This document shows positions 37,187-50,075 of a stretch of 64,000 nt of DNA, piece by piece. Both the position numbers and the translations under genes were made by a program. The stretch spans positions 620,001 through 684,000 of the forward strand of contig OZ237768.1 of NCBI GenBank assembly GCA_965178125.1. Reading direction: 5' to 3'. The DNA is from Bilabrum cf. latius. Lineage: Eukaryota. Below the pieces are notes generated by a model that saw only the letters and a list, made by a program, of their open reading frames with translations, did no database searches and was not told where the DNA came from. How positions within the stretch are numbered: the first letter of the stretch is position 1; every line of letters begins with the position of its first letter.

Positions 37187-39961
37187 ATGCGCATCATTCT
37201 CGTATATGCATCTTTGATTCTATGTAGTGAAGGCATTCGATTGGCAACCGGTTCGCCGGAACGACTGAGTCCGCCAGCCGGAACTGCAACAGGAGAGCTG
37301 CATCCACATTTTTCATGGACCTACCCGCAATACTATTCGCTGAACGCCAGCACGGGCGCAGAATTCGTAATAGAGCTCACTAACGCGCACCAGGGTGCGC
37401 GTACCATCGACGTGGTCCCTGCACTGATTACTCGTTGGGTCCCAGCGTAGCCACTTGAATACGGGAATTATACATGGCGCGTCGGAGCCCGGGAATAGAG
37501 CGGCGGGAACATATCATGGTCCAGTACGTAGGATTTGTACATAGTTGAGCCGGTGCAGACATTTTAGATCGGGCACGATGCGACACTGGAGACGGTACGA
37601 ACAGTAATTGCAGAAGCAGTTGCCGCGTCCATAGTGCACACGCAGGCCCACAGACCGCCAACCCCGGAGTAGGTACAGTCTCGACATTCTAGCAGTCCTC
37701 CATCAATCCCTGTTGTGGAGGTGCTGTTCGCTCCCTCGATCTCGTACGAGTTTGACCTCAGGCCGCCGTTCCCAGTCGGGTGCGGCTGGACCGGCAACGA
37801 AGCTGCCAGTGCGGGCGCTAGTCGGCAGACAGACGAAAACTATTCAAACCAATCATTCATTTCTAATCATAGCCGATTGGGCAATCCTCCGCACTGCTAT
37901 CTTTTCAACCTGACGGGAGCCCAGGGCCTCCGCATCAGGGGCCAGGGGTCCAACTTCACCTTCCGCTCCGGGTACGTCACCTTCCTGGGCACGTACAAAT
38001 CGACCAGGGTGCACGTTGATGGATTCGGAGTCGATTTTGATCCGATCCCCAACACGGCGCTGCTGCCCCTGGGCGGGGCGCAAGGCGGGAAGGGCCCACC
38101 AGCGACTCGGAGCTTTCTCGCCGCCCTGGCCCCGGGGCACCCCCCGCTGGATGACCCCACCGTGGGGACGTGGCTGGTTAAGTACGGGATCGCAGGGATA
38201 CAGGCGAGGCTGGGCCTGCAGGGTGGGGTCCCAGGCCGCGTGCAGAGGGGCTCCAAGGAGGTGGTCCCATACACGGTGAACCTGCCTCCTGTTCCTCTGC
38301 CAGTGGGCGGTGCTGGACGCTTCGGGGCCTCTAAAGGCCAGGGGGGGGCTAGCTATGCACGCGAGCAATCGAGAGCAGATGGTTTGGGGCTGAATGCAGA
38401 ATCAGGTGCTGGGCGGCATGACCGATTCGCGTGGGCCCACACCCGGGATGGAACCCCGGTGTACAACCTGACGATCGAGAGCACCAGCCAAGACATCAAA
38501 GTGGACGAGAAGAGCGCCGTGGTGATCGACCCGAGGATCGCCACTGGCTTCGACATGTACAGATCCGACACCGTGGTGATTTCTGACGTCACAGTGTGGG
38601 CTTGCTCCAACGAGTGCGCCAACTCGGCCTACACCCCCAGGGTCTCAATGATCCGCCTGCAGATCCGCAGGAAGGAGGGGCGGTACTACGCAGCAAACAG
38701 TGAGACGTCCTTTCGATGGTTGGATGATTGTGAACGTGTGACGAGTGTATACCCGCTGAAAGTACCGTCGGACTCGCCGATCCTTGGAGCCGCTCAAACA
38801 CAGCGACCTGTCCACTGCACAGTCCCCTAAACAAGTGCGTTCCAAACTGTTTTTCCAATCGCCATCGCAGACGGAGGCCACAACCACCACAACGCAAGGA
38901 CGGGCGCGTGGTGGGAGGGGGGCATAACGGAGTCGACTGGAGACGACGGCAGCAACTTCAACTGCCTGGAGTCACTCGTCAGCGTGGCTTCCCAGCCGCC
39001 CTCCCCCACCACCGAGCTGCACCTGAAGCCTGGGCAGTACGACCCCGTGGGGAACATGGACGGCGACATCGACTACCGGACGGGTGACCTGGTGCAGATC
39101 TACAACCGCACCGCAGGAGGCATCGTGCTGGAGGCATTCGTCACATCGGTGGAGCAGAGGGGAGTCGAAAATGCGCATCTAGATGGCAGCGACCGCCCCG
39201 GGGGTGCGCTTGGCCGAATCCGCACCTGGCATGACGGTTTCTTGCGACGAAAGGACGAGGAGAGAGCCGCAGAGGCACGGGTCCGGGGAACTAAATTCGA
39301 TTCCGGGTCGTCCATTGCCCCGCACAGTCCCAGTATGGGCAAAATTCCTCGCGCTGCGGCACCCACCACGGTCGTGCGGCTGGATCGCACGATCCCTGTA
39401 GACCTGACCGGCCCACGTGCTGGCTACATCCAGGTCTTCAACTGGAACAGGACCGCCACTCAACTGGCAGTGCGGAACATGTACCTGCGGAACACCAGGC
39501 GGGTGGGCCTGCTCCTGCACGGGAATCGCATGCTCGTGCAGAACGTGCAGTTCGAGGGCCTGGGGGGAGGCGCGGTGGAGGCGTGGCCGGACCCAGCCGC
39601 GGGGCCGGGCCTGCGGTCCGCGCTGGTGGCGAACTGCTCCATCACTGATGTGTGCCAGCTTAACAGGGTGGCTGCACCCGTATGGCTGGCCTCGTTTTCG
39701 AGGAACAACTCCAGGGTACACGGGGATATCGCGGTGAGGGGATGCAGCTTCGACACAGGGCCGGGGAGTGATGCTCTGCTGTGGGACGTGGAGGGCGGTG
39801 CGCTGGAGAACAACAGCGCTGTACGTTGCGAGGCATAGCTGGATCCGACTCCTTGGGTGGGCGTGGAGAACACGGGGGGATCTGTGGTGTGGGAGGGCAG
39901 GGGCAATCGGGTCGCGGCCATCAGCAGGGACCCGAGGCTGTGCGTGAAGCAGCAAAGCTGA
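37187..39961 (+). CDS. Secreted right-handed parallel beta-helix glycoside hydrolase-like protein (GH110/alpha-1,3-galactosidase-like); intron 38700-38870
   Basis: Signal peptide MRIILVYASLILC, Ig/Fn3-like 'GNYTWRVGA..WS', 'GFGVDFDPIP'. Splicing GTGAG..CGCAG gives 'AANNGGHNHHNARTGAWWEGGITESTGDDGSNFN', then 'VRNMYLRNTRRVGLLLHGNRMLVQNVQFEGLGGGAV'. Six TAG; TGA at 39959-39961. Confidence 0.65.
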
Positions 39962-40205
39962 GTGAGGAGTGCAGTACAAGGGAATGAATGATTGCGCAAA
40001 TAGGATCAGGATGGTCCCAAGATTCACAAGAGATGTAGACGGTGCATCCGCCATTATTTATTTGGACCCACCTGCGTGCGAGCGAGCTGCGCCCTGCAAC
40101 TTGAAATGCCGGAAGTGCCCACTGACCGAGGGACGCCGGCGGCCTGATTCGGCTCCAAGGCAGCCCACAGTACAAGCCAGGACAGAAAGTGTTCCATCTG
40201 CAAGC

Positions 40206-43200
40206 ATGGATCATGTTCAGCTGAGGCATAATTTTGAGCGGATCATAGCGCGAGCACGAATCAACAAAAGTGCAGCCGCCGCCATTGTGCAGCTGCAGCC
40301 AAGCCAGATCTCAACGTGGCTTCGCAAACAAGGCCCAGACCATGCATCCAAAGGTGTAAGCCAAATTGTTGTTCCCGTCTGCGGGCCGTCTGCGTGCTTT
40401 GCTACATGGATATCGGCATAAGTCAAGGACGACGGCTCAACATTGCATCGCAGGGAGGCATGACCACCACGGACAGAATACGCGCGTTCGTGGACTGGTT
40501 CTATGGCGGAGGTCGAGGCACTCCAAGCGTGCAGCTGCGTACCGGTAGCCCTGGCAGCAAGGGGGCGCCAGGCCTGTCGCAAGTTGAGCCCGATTCGGAC
40601 GGCAAATATCCGTCCTTTGAGGAGCAGGCCAAGGCGCTGGGCATCGCTGCAGACAGCTCAAATCGCTGGTTTCTTGAGGCAAAACGCTCGCTTGACCTAG
40701 TTGCTCCCGGAGTGGAGTCGTTGTTCGCACAGCATTCGGCCGGACAGTTGAGCGAGCAGGACGACCCCTTCATTCCCGTGGAAAGTCCCGCTGCCCTCGA
40801 ACCAGCGCCAGGAAGCAGCGCAGATTCCAGCAACCAGGCAGGGGAGGCAGACCAAACGAGCACGGGCCGCTCCCGCAGGAGGCGCCGGGCCCCAAAGCAC
40901 CTGGGCGAGGGTGCGGACGAGGACAGCGAGGACGGAGAGGGGGACGAGAGCGGCGAGGAGGGGCAGGGAACGGGATTAGGAGCAGGAGCAGGGCCGGGAA
41001 GGGGTGCGAAATCAACCGGGGGTGCATCTAAGGTGCTCGAGTGGGCCGCACGGAGCGGTTGCTGGAGTGACGAGGAGGATGGCGAGGAGGATGGCAGTGC
41101 TGTAGGGGACGAGGAGGAGGGGGCTGTGCCCCCGCTGCTGCCCGGGGCTAGGCCGTTGCATGATGCGGTGCAGCGGGAGGGCAATCAGGCGAGTGGCCGA
41201 GGCAGGGGCCGTGGCAGGGGCAGGGGCAGGGGCAGAGGCAGGGGGCGAGGACGGGGCGCATCCAACGGCGGCAGCATCAGTGGAGGAGGAGGCCCCAACG
41301 GTGGCAATCAAGGCGGTGGTGGGATGCAGGAGGCACCCGTGGGGTTGCAACCGGCCGAGCCTCCCATGGAGCAGGCCTCCGCACTCATCACACTAGCAGG
41401 ACCCCTGCAGCTGGCCACCTCCGCGGGACCGCGGACAGCGCAGGAGCTGGCTGCGGCGGGCGGCCAGCAGGCGCCGTGGAACGGGCTTGCCTCGGGGAAC
41501 AGCGTCAGGGCACCTCTGGGAGCTGCCTCGGTGACTGTGGACTGGAGAGGGGCTGCGGAGAGAGCCAGGGAACAAGGTTGGTCCAGGGAACAGGACAGAA
41601 GTGCGGGCAAGACACCCCCAAGCCAACAGGATGGTGCAGTGGCTCCACCCATGGCACGCCCCCGACCAGGCGCACACCTGCCCGTGCTGCTGAAAGGCGT
41701 GCCCATCATCGGGGCACACGCGGTGGCTCCCGGGTAGGGTACTGGGGGTGGTGTGACGAGCGGAGATGCCAGCTCCACCGCCTCGTCGTCACCCTCCGCG
41801 CAGTCCCAATCCACCGGTGGATCCACGGCCGTGCCCGTGCCGCCCTACATCCCCGTGTCCGCGATCTCGGCCGCCCGCTGTGCCAGGGAACAAGGAGCCT
41901 CGGAGGAACAGGCTGATGCAGCCGGACGGGCCGGGGCATGCATCCAGAGGCAGGCCTCGAGGGCGGGACTGCCGGTGCCTCTGTTCATCGACGTGACCGC
42001 TGCAGGGCTGCGGGTGCAGGACGTGATGATGGCGGAGGGGGCGGATGCAGGGCAGTGCGGTGCACCCGTGGGGCCGGGCTCCGAGTCGTTGACGCCCGAG
42101 GAACTCGCAGCCAGCTTGTGCTCCGATCTCGGTGTTCCCTCGCAGGTGTTTGAGCCGCTGGTGGCGCTGCAGATCAGGCAGCAGCTGAGCGGGAGGGGGG
42201 CGGGGACACTCCCCGGGGTGAGGGTGGGAGGTGTGACGAGCGATATGGGCGCGCCTGGCGGCAGGAAGAGAGCACGCCTATCCTCCCTGGCCTCTTCCTC
42301 CTCTTCCTCATCGGCTCGTGCCAGTGCCAGCGCGGCTGCATCGACAGATGGCGCAGGCCCAGGACCAGCAGTCGGCGGCAGCGACGAAGATGCAGTGTCC
42401 AAGGCCTGGTCAGACTGGTCGGGCGTGGGTGTGGGCACGGGCGTGGGTGCGCCACCGCCTTCTAGCCCTTCCAGTAGCGGCCGGTCCTCGTCGTCCTCGC
42501 CTGCCCCAACCCCGGGCACCAAACGGAGCAGGGAAGCGGCTGGCCTCGGCGGAGGATCGACTCCGAGTCCTTCAGTCGGTCTGCTTGAGCCCAGGGAACA
42601 CGCCTTCCTGGTGGACGTGCGGGCGGGTGACCTCGTCCTGCAGGACAGGGTGGTGCTGGACCTGTCCCACCCTGACGCAGCCTCCTCCTCCGCCATGGAA
42701 GTGGCTTGTTCCCTGGTGAGGGAGCTGGAGCTACCCCCCGCGTGGGGTCCTCTGGTGGCCGCCTGCCTGCAGGAGCAGGTGCTGGAGGTGATGGCGGCGT
42801 ACGGCAAGGGCAAGGGCGTGTTAGGTGGGGGATAGTCAAAGGGGGGGCAGCAACCCTCGCCCGCCAAGAGGGTGCGCGTGGCGAGGCTGGACACTCCCAC
42901 CGGTGGATTGATCCGATCCCCGGAGGCTCGCCGGGAGCACGGGCCGTCCCTCCGACGGCTCTCCCGGGCGCAGGTCAGGATGGCCACGATGGCCGAGGCG
43001 CGGACAAGGGGCACTGCACTGCAGCGCAGCCTTGAAATCCCCGGGAGCGACCCATCCACCGGGCTGGTGCCCCCGCCCGGCGCCCCTCTGTCCCTCCACA
43101 GGGCGCACCCGGAGCGGCCTTACCGTGTGTCCGTGCAGAGCCTCCCCGCCTCCGGTGCCCCTTCCCTTGTTCCCTCGGTGCGGCACCTGCACCCCTTCAG

Positions 43201-43495
43201 GCACGTGACCGCCCTGGAGCCCACGCACGACCCGCAGGTGCCTCTAGGCCCGCCCCTGGCGCACGTGCAGGATGTGACGAGTGCGAGGGCGGAGCAGATG
43301 CGGTCCTAGGTGGCCGGGGTGCTGGTGGCGGGCATGGCGGGGAGGACGGTGCTGTAGCAGCCGGGGAGGGAAGTGCCAGTGGGGGGCGAGCACGAAGGGA
43401 GGGGCAGGAGCTTGAGTAGGAGGGTGGATTCGGTCGCTGTGGATGCCGTGGCCTTGTCGTCCCAGGTGGCGGAGTTTGGCGCGCTGGACTATTGA
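40206..43495 (+). CDS. SNF5/SMARCB1-repeat domain protein with N-terminal HTH-like segment; intron 40356-40453
   Basis: Two SNF5-type repeats: 'LFIDVTAAGLRVQD..LTPEELAASLCSDLGV..VALQIRQQL' and 'VDVRAGDLVLQDRVVLDLS..VACSLVRELEL..VAACLQEQV'. GTAAG..CGCAG intron keeps the frame. Four TAG; TGA at 43493-43495. Confidence 0.65.
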
Positions 43496-43720
43496 AATAC
43501 TAACCCAATTACAGTTTCAAGTGGCTGCACAAGGGACGGGATGATGTCAGATGAATGGCCGGGTTTTCGTCAAGGTCGCTTCCGGATCACTGCCCGAACA
43601 CTTCAAGGTGCCATGCGACCGCAGGGCTGAACTGTCAAGAAGAAGATTCAAAATCGCGGGGCAATAGGCCCAAAGTCAGGCCTTGAGGCTAGTCTAGCGG
43701 GTATACGCAAGACTAGCCAG

Positions 43721-44143
43721 TTGGGCGGAGTTTGCTCCACGATAAAGATATCATATGCTCATATCCGATCAAGCATAATTATAACTCCGAAAGAGGAGAA
43801 CGATGTGGACATGGGCGTGCATCGCGTACCAGTGCCCCGGAAGGGAAACACTCCCGGACCACTGGCACTGGCACTGGCACTGGCAGAGCCCTTGTCTATA
43901 GAGGGACTAGCAGACTCTCTTGTCGACAACGACGGAGGCAGGTGCCAGGGTGAGGCCGCAGACCTAACCGGGCACACGAGCATGGCCAGCAGTCTTGCCA
44001 GCCAGCTGGGCAGCTCGGAGCTGACCCCCACGAGCGGGAGCATCGCCAGCCTTGAGAGAGAGGTCGACAGGCTCAGGGAGCTGTACGGTGCAGTGGAAGC
44101 GGGAGCGGGAGGGGACCACCAGACGTCTGCAATGGAGCATTAG
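43721..44143 (+). pseudogene. Truncated family copy B1 (starts TTG-GGVCS, internally deleted)
   Basis: LGGVCS start lacks ATG and joins quickly to the conserved C-terminal motif. Confidence 0.45.
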
Positions 44144-44735
44144 GGGGAGGGTCCTTCGGGCTGACATTCGAGGCGGGCCGAGGCCGATGTGGTCTCATGT
44201 TTGATTAGTCGGCCACCTGCGCAATGCTGGCCCAATTACACGCGTTGAACCCACGAATCACGTGCTGGACCTATCGTGGTGGCCGCAATCTTACCGTAGC
44301 AATCAAGTCTGTAAATGCACCATGGTGTGCGTTCTGTCTGGACACTCCCAGAGGCAGGTGCCCCCTTTTTGGAGCACCCATCACCATACCTCCGCCAAAT
44401 AGTTGTGCAGTGGCCATATCCAGCGGTACTCGTGTGACCCATCCGGTCTCTTGGTCTCTCGAACACTGTCCACGACCTATTTTGGGCGCAAATCGCAGCG
44501 CCTCGTTGCCTAGCTCTAGCTCAAGCCCGCACCAGCGATCTGCTTGTAAGCCTCTGGCAAGAATCATTTGACTTCTTTACAATACACAGGTATTTCAGTG
44601 CCTTGAGCCTAGCTAGCGATGCTGCAGACCCCGATTGTGAATCCGTCGTACTGTGGCACTCTTGCGACCAATTGTGCGACCACACATTTTTGATGTCGAA
44701 TTCCAGGACACAATCTCGCGCTGCTCCGTAGCCAT

Positions 44736-46296
44736 ATGGGTGGGGTTTGCTCTTCGCTGAACGTGGCAAACGAAGCCTCAAGCTCAGCTCAAACTCCCAA
44801 GGCTACCCCTGGGGACGCAGGTCTTCGGGCTGATTCAAAGTATAGAGATCCCGCTGGTGAGCAAGCAACGAGACGTGGAGGAAACTACGATTGTTCTGGT
44901 AGCTGTATTGTATTCATCTTCCTTTCCTATGTTTACTGAGTAGTAGATGTTGAAATAAAGCGGCCTGCGGACGATCTCGCGACTGAAATGCCGGAGTTCC
45001 GCCTGGAAGTAAGCTGGAATTTTTTCTGCTGATGAGCACCTTGCCTCAAGCACGCAACCATTGTCCGTCGTGCCACTGCTTCACCTAGGTTTTTCGCAGG
45101 ACATGCCTGGACTGAGTCTTCAACCTGATCATGAGCCGCACCCTACTATTCGCTCGCCGGGTAGGCCGGATGCCGAAAGTCGGCGGGATCGACTGGCCGA
45201 TGTATCGCGCCGACAGCGAAAAGAGCCATCCTAGAAGCGCAAAGCATGGCAGGAACTACGAAAAGAACAGATATCGCTGCAGCTGGAACCGCTTCGCCTC
45301 CCAGAATTCGATGAAGTGCTGGGGCGGCAGGCTACGGACCTTACAGACGATGCTTCGGCTGTTTCGCGCGGGCAAGACGATGGTAGCGGGGCGATCCAGG
45401 CAAGAAAACAGGCGTCATTTGCAAGTATGCTTCTGTCGAAATCATTAGGGACGCGGAGCAACGGGGACTGGGGCGAGTGCGAGCAGTCGGCCGGTGGCAT
45501 GTCGGAGCAAGACACCGGGCTCGAGTCCAGCCCGCAGGAGCAGACTTCCAGGGTACGGGGGGGACTGGGACTGGGCCTTTCGCAGCACGGAGAAGACGAC
45601 ACACCCATCGCGGAGCTCAGCGAAGAATCGCCTTGGAAGGATAAAGATGATGCTGCGCAGGCATGGCCGGAGCCGATGGCGGGGGGCGCACCAACCGCCC
45701 CTGCCCCTGCCCCTGCCCCTGCCCCTGACTCTGGTGTTGACATCGTCAGCAGAGCACCTATCATGCAGCCTTCAAGGTGGGCATGGGTCCACGAGGACAG
45801 CACGATCGTGGATGGGAAAGGCCAAGAGCGGGCCAAGAGCCACGAGGCCGCCAGGCGCGGGGAAGCCCGCCCCCCTTCGGAATCGGGCGCTGCCCTCTCT
45901 GCACCGCAGGGGCCTCGCCCGGGGGGTGCGCTGCATGCCGCTAGGCCGAGCCAATTTGCTCCTGGCTCGGCCGTGAAGCCCCCCGGAGCAGGTGGGCCCG
46001 GTTAGAGCGAGCATGGCCCGATGGCAGGTCGTGGGGGTGCTGCGGGGACTCGGAGGTACTCCCATTCCGGTCCTTCGATGGAAAGCGTCGAGGGATTTGC
46101 AGGGGACCTCGGCAGCTGCTCTCGCCAGATGTCGCTCCCAGGGCAGCCCAGTGTATCCAGCCAGCTGGGCAGCTCGGAGCTGACCCCCACGAGCGGGAGC
46201 ATTGCCAGCTTAGAGAGAGAGGTGGACAGGCTCAGGGACCTGTACGGCGGGGCGGGAGGGCACTATGCTGGACAACCTGCTGATATGACAAGATGA
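44736..46296 (+). CDS. Predicted N-myristoylated/palmitoylated disordered protein, copy A1 (3 exons; introns 44857-44946, 45009-45099)
   Basis: MGGVCS start; GT-AG introns give a continuous frame; two TAG read through; TGA stop. Confidence 0.65.
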
Positions 46297-46493
46297 ATGT
46301 TTACTTGCTTCGATTGAATGCACTGCCTGGCCTGATCATGGTTCGAATGGATAGGTGCTTCATGCAGACATTGACTTCTGCTCCCGTGATTACGGAAGGC
46401 AGTCCCTGAAACCTTCGACATTGGATGTCAGCTTGTTCTTGTGCTCACGGTGTGAAGTAGTAGGCTTATACTCGATTCATTTAGGCAGATCCC

Positions 46494-46784
46494 TTGTCCA
46501 AGCCCGTACCAGTGCCCCGGAAGGGAAACACCCCAGGACCACTGGCACTGGCACTGGCAGAGCCCTTGTCTATAGAGGGGCGAGCAGACTCTCTTGTCGA
46601 CAACGACGGAGGCAGGTGCCAATATGAGGCCACAGACCTAACCGGGCACATGATCATGGCCAGCAGTCTTGCCAGCCAGCTGGGCAGCTCGGAGCTGACC
46701 CCCACGAGCGGGAGCATCGCCAGCCTCGAGAGAGAGGTGGCCAGGCTCAGGGAGCTCTACGGTGCAGTGGGAGCAGGGGCGTGA
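46494..46784 (+). pseudogene. Truncated family copy B2
   Basis: Only the C-terminal motif region is present; no ATG. Confidence 0.45.
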
Positions 46785-47404
46785 GCGGGAGCGGAAAGGG
46801 GGGCCACCCGGCTTCTGCAATGGAGCCTTTCGGAGCGGGTCCTGTGAGCTGAACTTCGAGGCGGGCCGATGTGGTCTCATGTCTGGTTGGTCGGCCATCT
46901 GCGCAATGCTGGCCCAATCACACGCATTGAAGTCCCACGAATCACATGCTGGATCCATCGTGGTGGCCGCAATCTTGCCGTAGCAATCGAGTTTGTGATA
47001 GGTGTGCGTTCTGTCCGGACACTCCCAGAGGCAGGCGCCCCCCTTTTGGAGCACCCACTACCTTAGCTCCCCCAAACAGCCGTGCAGTGGCCTAATCTAG
47101 CGGTATTCGTCTGGTCCATCCGGTCTCTTCGTCTCTTGAACACTGACCACGACCTGTTTGGGGTGCAAGCCACGGTGGCCTCGTTGCCTTGCTCTAGCTT
47201 ACGTTCGCCAGGCGACCTGCCTGTAAGCCCCTGGCACGAAGCATTTGACATCTTTGCAATACACAGGTAATGTAGTGCCTTGAACCTAGCTAGCGATGCT
47301 GCAGACCCCGATTGTGAATCTGTCACCCTCTTGCGACCAAGTGTGCGACCACACATTTTTGATGTCGAATTCCAAGACAAATTCTAGCGCTGCTCAGTAG
47401 TCAC

Positions 47405-48967
47405 ATGGGTGGGGTTTGCTCTTCGCTGAAGGCGGGAGACGATGCCTCAAGCTCAACTCAAACTCCCAAGGCTGCCCCTGGCGACGCAGGTCTTCGGGCT
47501 GATTCAAAGTATAGAGATCCCGCTGGTGAGCAAGCAACGAGCTGAGGAGGAGACTACGAGTGTCATGACAGCGCAACTGTATGTATCTTCCTTCCCGATG
47601 TTTACTAAATTGCAGATGTTGAAACACAGCGGCATGCGGCCGATCTCGTGTCCGGATTGCCGGAGCTCGGCCTGGCAGTGAGCTGAAGTATCCCCGCAAT
47701 TGTGTACCATGCCTTGAGCACACAACCATTGCCCGTCATGCCACTGTTTCTCCTAGGTACTTTGCAGGATATGCCCGGGCTGAGTCTTCAACCTGATCAT
47801 GAGCCGCACCCTATTCGCTCGCCGGGTACGCCAGATGCCGACAGCCGGCGGGATCAATTGGCCGATGTCTCGCGCCGACAGCGTGAAGAGCCATCCTAGA
47901 AGCGCAAAGCATGGCAGGAACTTCGGAAAGAACAGATATCGCTGCAGCTGGAACCGCTTCGCCTCCCAGAATTCGATGAACTGTTGGGGCGGCAAGCTAC
48001 GGACCTTACAGACGATGCTGCGGCTGTTTCGCGCGGGCAAGACGATGGTAGCGGGGCGATCCAGGCAAGAAAACAGGCGTCATCCGCGAGTATGCTTCTG
48101 TCGAAATCATTAGGGACGCGGAGCAACGGGGACTGGGGCGAGTGCGAGCAGTCGGCCGGTGGCATGTCGGAGCAAGACACCGGGCTCGAGTCCAGCCCGC
48201 AGGAGCAGACTTCCAGGGTACGGGGGGGACTGGGACTGGGCCTTTCGCAGCACGGAGAAGACGACACACCCATCGCGGAGCTCAGCGAAGAATCGCCTTG
48301 GAAGGATAAAGATGATGCTGCGCAGGCATGGCCGGAGCCGATGGCGGGGGGCGCACCAACCGCCCCTGCCCCTGCCCCTGCCCCTGCCCCTGCCCCTGAC
48401 TCTGGTGTTGGCATCGTCAGCAGAGCACCTATCATGCAGCCTTCAAGGTGGGCATGGGCCCACGAGGACAGCACGATCGTGGATGGGAAAGGCCAAGAGC
48501 GGGCCAAGAGCCACGAGGCCGCCAGGCGCGGGGAAGCCCGCCCCCCTTCGGAATCGGGCGCTGCCCTCTCTGCACCGCAGGGGCCTCGCCCGGGGGGTGC
48601 GCTGCATGCCGCTAGGCCGAGCCAATTTGCTCCTGGCTCGGCCGTGAAGCCCCCCGGAGCAGGTGGGCCCGGTTAGAGCGAGCATGGCCCGATGGCAGGT
48701 CGTGGGGGTGCTGCGGGGACTCGGAGGTACTCCCATTCCGGTCCTTCGATGGAAAGCGTCGAGGGATTTGCAGGGGACCTCGGCAGCTGCTCTCGCCAGA
48801 TGTCGCTCCCAGGGCAGCCCAGTGTATCCAGCCAGCTGGGCAGCTCGGAGCTGACCCCCACGAGCGGGAGCATTGCCAGCTTAGAGAGAGAGGTGGACAG
48901 GCTCAGGGACCTGTACGGCGGGGCGGGAGGGCACTATGCTGGACAACCTGCTGATATGACAAGATGA
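47405..48967 (+). CDS. MGGVCS family copy A2 (3 exons)
   Basis: Same exon structure as A1 (GCTG|GTGAG, TTGCAG|AT, GCA|GTGAG, TTGCAG|GAT). Confidence 0.65.
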
Positions 48968-49164
48968 ATGTTTACTTGCTTCGATTGAATGCACTGCCTG
49001 GCCTGATCATGGTTCGAATGGATAGGTGCTTCATGCAGACATTGACTTCTGCTCCCGTGATTACGGAAGGCAGTCCCTGAAACCTTCGACATTGGATGTC
49101 AGCTTGTTCTTGTGCTCACGGTGTGAAGTAGTAGGCTTATACTCGATTCATTTAGGCAGATCCC

Positions 49165-49455
49165 TTGTCCAAGCCCGTACCAGTGCCCCGGAAGGGAAAC
49201 ACCCCAGGACCACTGGCACTGGCACTGGCAGAGCCCTTGTCTATAGAGGGGCGAGCAGACTCTCTTGTCGACAACGACGGAGGCAGGTGCCAGGATGAGG
49301 CCACAGACCTAACCGGGCACATGATCATGGCCAGCAGTCTTGCCAGCCAGCTGGGCAGCTCGGAGCTGACCCCCACGAGCGGGAGCATCGCCAGCCTCGA
49401 GAGAGAGGTGGCCAGGCTCAGGGAGCTCTACGGTGCAGTGGGAGCAGGGGCGTGA
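49165..49455 (+). pseudogene. Truncated family copy B3
   Basis: Near-identical to B2. Confidence 0.45.
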
Positions 49456-50075
49456 GCGGGAGCGGAAAGGGGGGCCACCCGGCTTCTGCAATGGAGCCTT
49501 TCGGAGCGGGTCCTGTGAGCTGAACTTCGAGGCGGGCCGATGTGGTCTCATGTCTGGTTGGTCGGCCATCTGCGCAATGCTGGCCCAATCACACGCATTG
49601 AAGTCCCACGAATCACATGCTGGATCCATCGTGGTGGCCGCAATCTTGCCGTAGCAATCGAGTTTGTGATAGGTGTGCGTTCTGTCCGGACACTCCCAGA
49701 GGCAGGCGCCCCCCTTTTGGAGCACCCACTACCTTAGCTCCCCCAAACAGCCGTGCAGTGGCCTAATCTAGCGGTATTCGTCTGGTCCATCCGGTCTCTT
49801 CGTCTCTTGAACACTGACCACGACCTGTTTGGGGTGCAAGCCACGGTGGCCTCGTTGCCTTGCTCTAGCTTACGTTCGCCAGGCGACCTGCCTGTAAGCC
49901 CCTGGCACGAAGCATTTGACATCTTTGCAATACACAGGTAATGTAGTGCCTTGAACCTAGCTAGCGATGCTGCAGACCCCGATTGTGAATCTGTCACCCT
50001 CTTGCGACCAAGTGTGCGACCACACATTTTTGATGTCGAATTCCAAGACAAATTCTAGCGCTGCTCAGTAGTCAC

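Noticed and set aside
38828-38830. Apparent in-frame TAA within the GH110-like gene (similarly TAA 55921 before the MFSD12 core)
   Set aside because: Both lie inside predicted GT-AG introns, so they are not evidence for TAA=Gln.
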